Source of the DNA: a virus
Reading direction: 5' to 3' (one strand)
DNA: 56,204 nucleotides
IMG/VR virus record: IMGVR_UViG_3300017417_000001
Coordinates: 1 to 56,204 of that record
Made by a program: the position numbers and the translations under genes
Shown here: positions 53,790 through 56,204 of the stretch, piece after piece
How positions within the stretch are numbered: the stretch's first letter is position 1
Layout of the letters: every line of letters starts with the position of its first letter
Notes under the pieces: generated by a model
What the model saw: only the letters and a program-made list of their open reading frames with translations
What the model was told of the DNA's origin: nothing
Databases searched by the model: none

Positions 53790-54605
53790 ATGACCCAGAG
53801 GCAGCGCCTCAAGCAGAAGCTGGAGCGGGAACGGGCCCACAAGGCGTTCATGCGTCGCGGTGAGATCCTGCACGACGAGCGGACCGAGCGCGACGCCGCG
53901 GACGCCGACAAGGCAGCGGGCGACGGGCCGACTGAGAGCCCGCGGGAGCGGCACCAGCGGGAGCAGCGGGAGCGTGAGGCCGAGCGCATCGCCGCCCGCC
54001 GCGCCGAGCACGCGCTGCCCGAGGGCAAGCAGTGGGCGATGGTCGAGGCCTGCGCCGGGCATGCCGCCGAGTTGTGCGAGCGGTTGCGGAAGGCCGGCAT
54101 CCCGTTCTTCCGGCCGCGGGACGACATCGAGCAGCGGCTCGCCACGGGGCAGGTGCGGAAGATCCGGGTTGCCCTGTTCGATCGGACCGTGTTCGTCGGG
54201 GTCGATCACCGGGACGATCTGGAGCGCCTCGCTGCCTGCTACCCGTGGCTGATGGAGCGGCGGGTCTACGGCGCGATGCCGTTCCTGCGGACCGACCGAG
54301 AGTGGGCCTGGACCGTCGAGCGCATCGAGCGGCGCGAGTCTGGCGCTGACATCGTTCCGGTCACGGTGCCGGATGCTGAGATGCGCAAGTTCGCCGAGGA
54401 GCTGATCGGCGCCGCGCCCATTCTCGACGACCTTGACCGGATCGAGATCGGCGAGACCGTGAAGGTCGTCGATGGCGCCTTCGCTGACTTCGACGGCGTG
54501 GTGGAAGAAACCGATACGGCCCGAAACCGCTACAAGGTCGCGGTCAGCATCTTCGGCCGGGCCACGCCAATCGAGTTGGAGCGACAGCAGTTCGAGCGAG
54601 CGTGA
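53790..54605 (+). CDS. NusG/RfaH-like transcription elongation/antitermination factor
   Basis: NGN-like segment KQWAMVEACAGHAAELCERLRKAGIPFFRP...ALFDRTVFV. KOW motif GETVKVVDGAFADFDGVVEE...YKVAVSIFGRATPIEL. A charged N-terminal extension precedes these, and the start is uncertain (GTG at 53776 is an alternative). Confidence 0.75.
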   Translation: MTQRQRLKQKLERERAHKAFMRRGEILHDERTERDAADADKAAGDGPTESPRERHQREQREREAERIAARRAEHALPEGKQWAMVEACAGHAAELCERLRKAGIPFFRPRDDIEQRLATGQVRKIRVALFDRTVFVGVDHRDDLERLAACYPWLMERRVYGAMPFLRTDREWAWTVERIERRESGADIVPVTVPDAEMRKFAEELIGAAPILDDLDRIEIGETVKVVDGAFADFDGVVEETDTARNRYKVAVSIFGRATPIELERQQFERA

Positions 54606-54618
54606 TCCACAGCGTGCG

Positions 54619-54647
54619 GTTGACTCACCGAATTCGTTCTGAATCTA
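54619..54647 (+). promoter_or_regulatory. Candidate late promoter with two GANTC sites
   Basis: TTGACT (54619-54624), a 17-nt spacer, then ATCTAT. GACTC at 54621-54625 and GAATC at 54640-54644 overlap the two hexamers. The -10 match is weak. Confidence 0.3.
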
Positions 54648-54754
54648 TGCGCTCTGCATCGCACGCGGTGCCGGTCTCTGCTCGTACTCCCCGCCGCGGT
54701 GGGTTGAGAACAGATGAGACGAGGGGGCTTCGAGCCACCCTCAGTGCCACTGCT

Positions 54755-55384
54755 ATGGCTTCAGCTCCGAGCCTGCCCATGCCCGTCCAGTTCGACATGA
54801 GCGGGTTCGAGCGGGCAGCGTCCAGCATCGGAGCGCTTCAGGATCAGATCCCGTTCGCCCTGAGCCAGTCGCTGAACGATGGCCTGTTCGCCGCCCGCGA
54901 CCACCTCATCGCCCACACGTGGCCGGCCCACGTCACGGTCCGAGACAGCAACTTCATCCGCAACGCCCTGAGGGTCGAGCGCGCCAGCAAGGGCAAGCTC
55001 GCGGGCGCCGTGACCAACGAGGGCACGCGCGCCGGCAACCGGGCGCACCTGAAGCTGCACGAGACCGGCGGCACCAAGCGGCCGAGCAAGTCGAAGATCG
55101 CCATCCCCGACCGCAAGGTGCTGGCTCGCCGCTCCGGCCATGGCGTCCCGAAGAGCTTGCGTCCGGGCACCGCGCCCAACACCTTCCGCAAGGGCGACGT
55201 GATCTACCAGGTCACGGGCGGGAAGAAGAACCGGAAGCTGAAGCTCCTCTACACGCTGAAGGCCAGCCCGCCGATCAAGGGCGTTGTGCCGTTCCACGCA
55301 GACTTCGACATGGTGATGCGGCGCGAGGTGGCGCGGGCGTTTCCGGGTCGGATCAGGGCCGCGATGGCTTCGAGGAAGCGATAG
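54755..55384 (+). CDS. Hypothetical late protein (possibly virion-associated)
   Basis: Start chosen at MASAPSLPMPVQFDMSGFERA, 209 aa. It lies between the NusG-like gene and the small terminase. The upstream part of the track ORF looks non-coding. Confidence 0.6.
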   Translation: MASAPSLPMPVQFDMSGFERAASSIGALQDQIPFALSQSLNDGLFAARDHLIAHTWPAHVTVRDSNFIRNALRVERASKGKLAGAVTNEGTRAGNRAHLKLHETGGTKRPSKSKIAIPDRKVLARRSGHGVPKSLRPGTAPNTFRKGDVIYQVTGGKKNRKLKLLYTLKASPPIKGVVPFHADFDMVMRREVARAFPGRIRAAMASRKR

Positions 55385-55587
55385 GTCTCTGGGAAGCCCC
55401 AGGACCGGCGCCGCCTTTCGGTCGCAGGGTACGAGGCAGGCAGGCTCCACGGCCCTCCTGGGGCCCCTCCGCCCACCCCAGGCCCCAGAAAATCCCTGGG
55501 TCCTTCTGAGGGGGGTAGGCCCCGGAGGTAACGCGCGAGGCTGGGGCCTTCCGCAGCGATGAAAATGCCATAGGGGCTTCCGCCGCC

Positions 55588-56040
55588 ATGTCGACGATCG
55601 CGCAGACGGCGCTGCATCTGGATCTGAGCGAGCGCCGCTTCCGCGAACTGGTCGACGAAGGCGTGATTCCGCGAGCCGCGCGCGGCGAATACGACCTCGA
55701 CGCGACGCGGACGATCTACATACGCCACCTTCGCGAGCAGGCGGCTGGGCGCAACAAGCCCGGCACCCTCGACCCCGGCCAGGAGCGAGCGCTGAAAGAT
55801 CGAGCTCAGCGCGAGTTGGCCGAGTTCAGCCTCGCCGTAGAGCGCGGCGAGATGGTCCGCATCGAGGAAATCGGCGGGCAGATGGAGCAGGCCTTCGGCG
55901 TCGTGCGCACGCGGCTCCTTGCGCTGCCCGGCAAGTTCGGTGGCGACCTCTCCCCGGAGCAGGTCGCACGGATCGAGGCAGAGGTCCGCGACGCCCTGGA
56001 AGAGTTGCATGCCCGAGGTGCCGAGCCTGAGCGGAGCTGA
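55588..56040 (+). CDS. Terminase small subunit, lambda Nu1-like
   Basis: The N-terminal wHTH (LHLDLSERRFRELVDEGVIPRAARGEYDLDATRTIYIRHLRE) and helical C-terminus parallel Nu1. Its end overlaps the GpA start. Confidence 0.8.
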   Translation: MSTIAQTALHLDLSERRFRELVDEGVIPRAARGEYDLDATRTIYIRHLREQAAGRNKPGTLDPGQERALKDRAQRELAEFSLAVERGEMVRIEEIGGQMEQAFGVVRTRLLALPGKFGGDLSPEQVARIEAEVRDALEELHARGAEPERS

Positions 56041-56204
56041 TCGCCTACAAGCGCGGATTGCCCGCGCGTTTCTGGTCTTCAAGCCACCACCGCGCCTCAG
56101 CCTGATCGAATGGTCTGACACCTATCGGCGCGTGTCGGGAAAGAACTCGGCCCAGCCCGGCCAATGGCGAACCGCCGTGCAGCCGGCGGCTATGGGACCC
56201 ATGC
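56009..56204 (+). CDS. Terminase large subunit, 5' part (continues at base 3 after removal of the 123-bp overlap)
   Basis: The ATG at 56009 gives MPEVPSLSGADRLQARIARAFLVFKPPPRLSLIEWSD..., in frame with ORF 51..2069 through the repeat. Confidence 0.85.
   Translation, partial: MPEVPSLSGADRLQARIARAFLVFKPPPRLSLIEWSDTYRRVSGKNSAQPGQWRTAVQPAAMGPM
56082..56204. repeat. Terminal direct repeat, right copy
   Basis: Identical to bases 1-123. Confidence 0.95.

Overview
The first 123 bases are repeated exactly at 56082..56204, so the window is a closed circular replicon of about 56.08 kb. The large terminase gene reads across the junction. It is a complete genome of a temperate phage with a contractile tail, or an excised prophage. 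It is G+C-rich and probably comes from an alphaproteobacterium (GcrA-like gene, attP carrying the 3' end of a tRNA-Pro). All homology calls below come from reading the ORF-track proteins and recognising motifs from memory; no searches were run.

Plus strand, about 54.7 kb through the junction to 33.0 kb (late operon):
- Packaging and head: Nu1-like small terminase, GpA-type large terminase, gpW, lambda-type portal, a ClpP-protease/scaffold/major-capsid fusion, and a DUF2190 protein.
- Tail: Mu-like sheath, tube, a chaperone with a -1 frameshift, and a tape measure.
- Baseplate: Mu N/P/gp45/gp46/gp47/gp48 homologues.
- A long multi-gene fibre locus with collagen-like, glycine-rich and S74-chaperone fibres.
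- A secreted non-specific nuclease, a GH19 endolysin and a run of small membrane proteins.

Minus strand, 33.0 to 48.0 kb:
- A three-gene accessory operon that includes a sharply AT-rich cassette.
- attP (tRNA-Pro 3' fragment), a tyrosine integrase and an Xis-like ORF.
- A tightly coupled early operon: DUF551-like proteins, a PAPS-reductase-like PP-loop protein, a C5 methyltransferase with ten tandem TRD-like repeats, an OmpR-like wHTH protein, a Sak4-like ATPase and a PD-(D/E)XK exonuclease.
- A LexA/CI-type repressor.

Plus strand, 48.0 to 54.6 kb: Cro-like HTH protein, RuvC-like resolvase, MT-A70 methyltransferase, DnaB, a GcrA C-terminal-domain-like protein and a NusG-like protein.

The most unusual items:
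- A lower-GC two-gene cassette on the minus strand inside the tail operon.
- The accessory operon next to attP, co-oriented with the tRNA that integration would rebuild.
- The ten-repeat C5 methyltransferase together with the PP-loop enzyme.
- The secreted nuclease.
- The late-control module made of the GcrA-like and NusG-like genes and GANTC sites.

No CRISPR array, rRNA or complete tRNA was seen.
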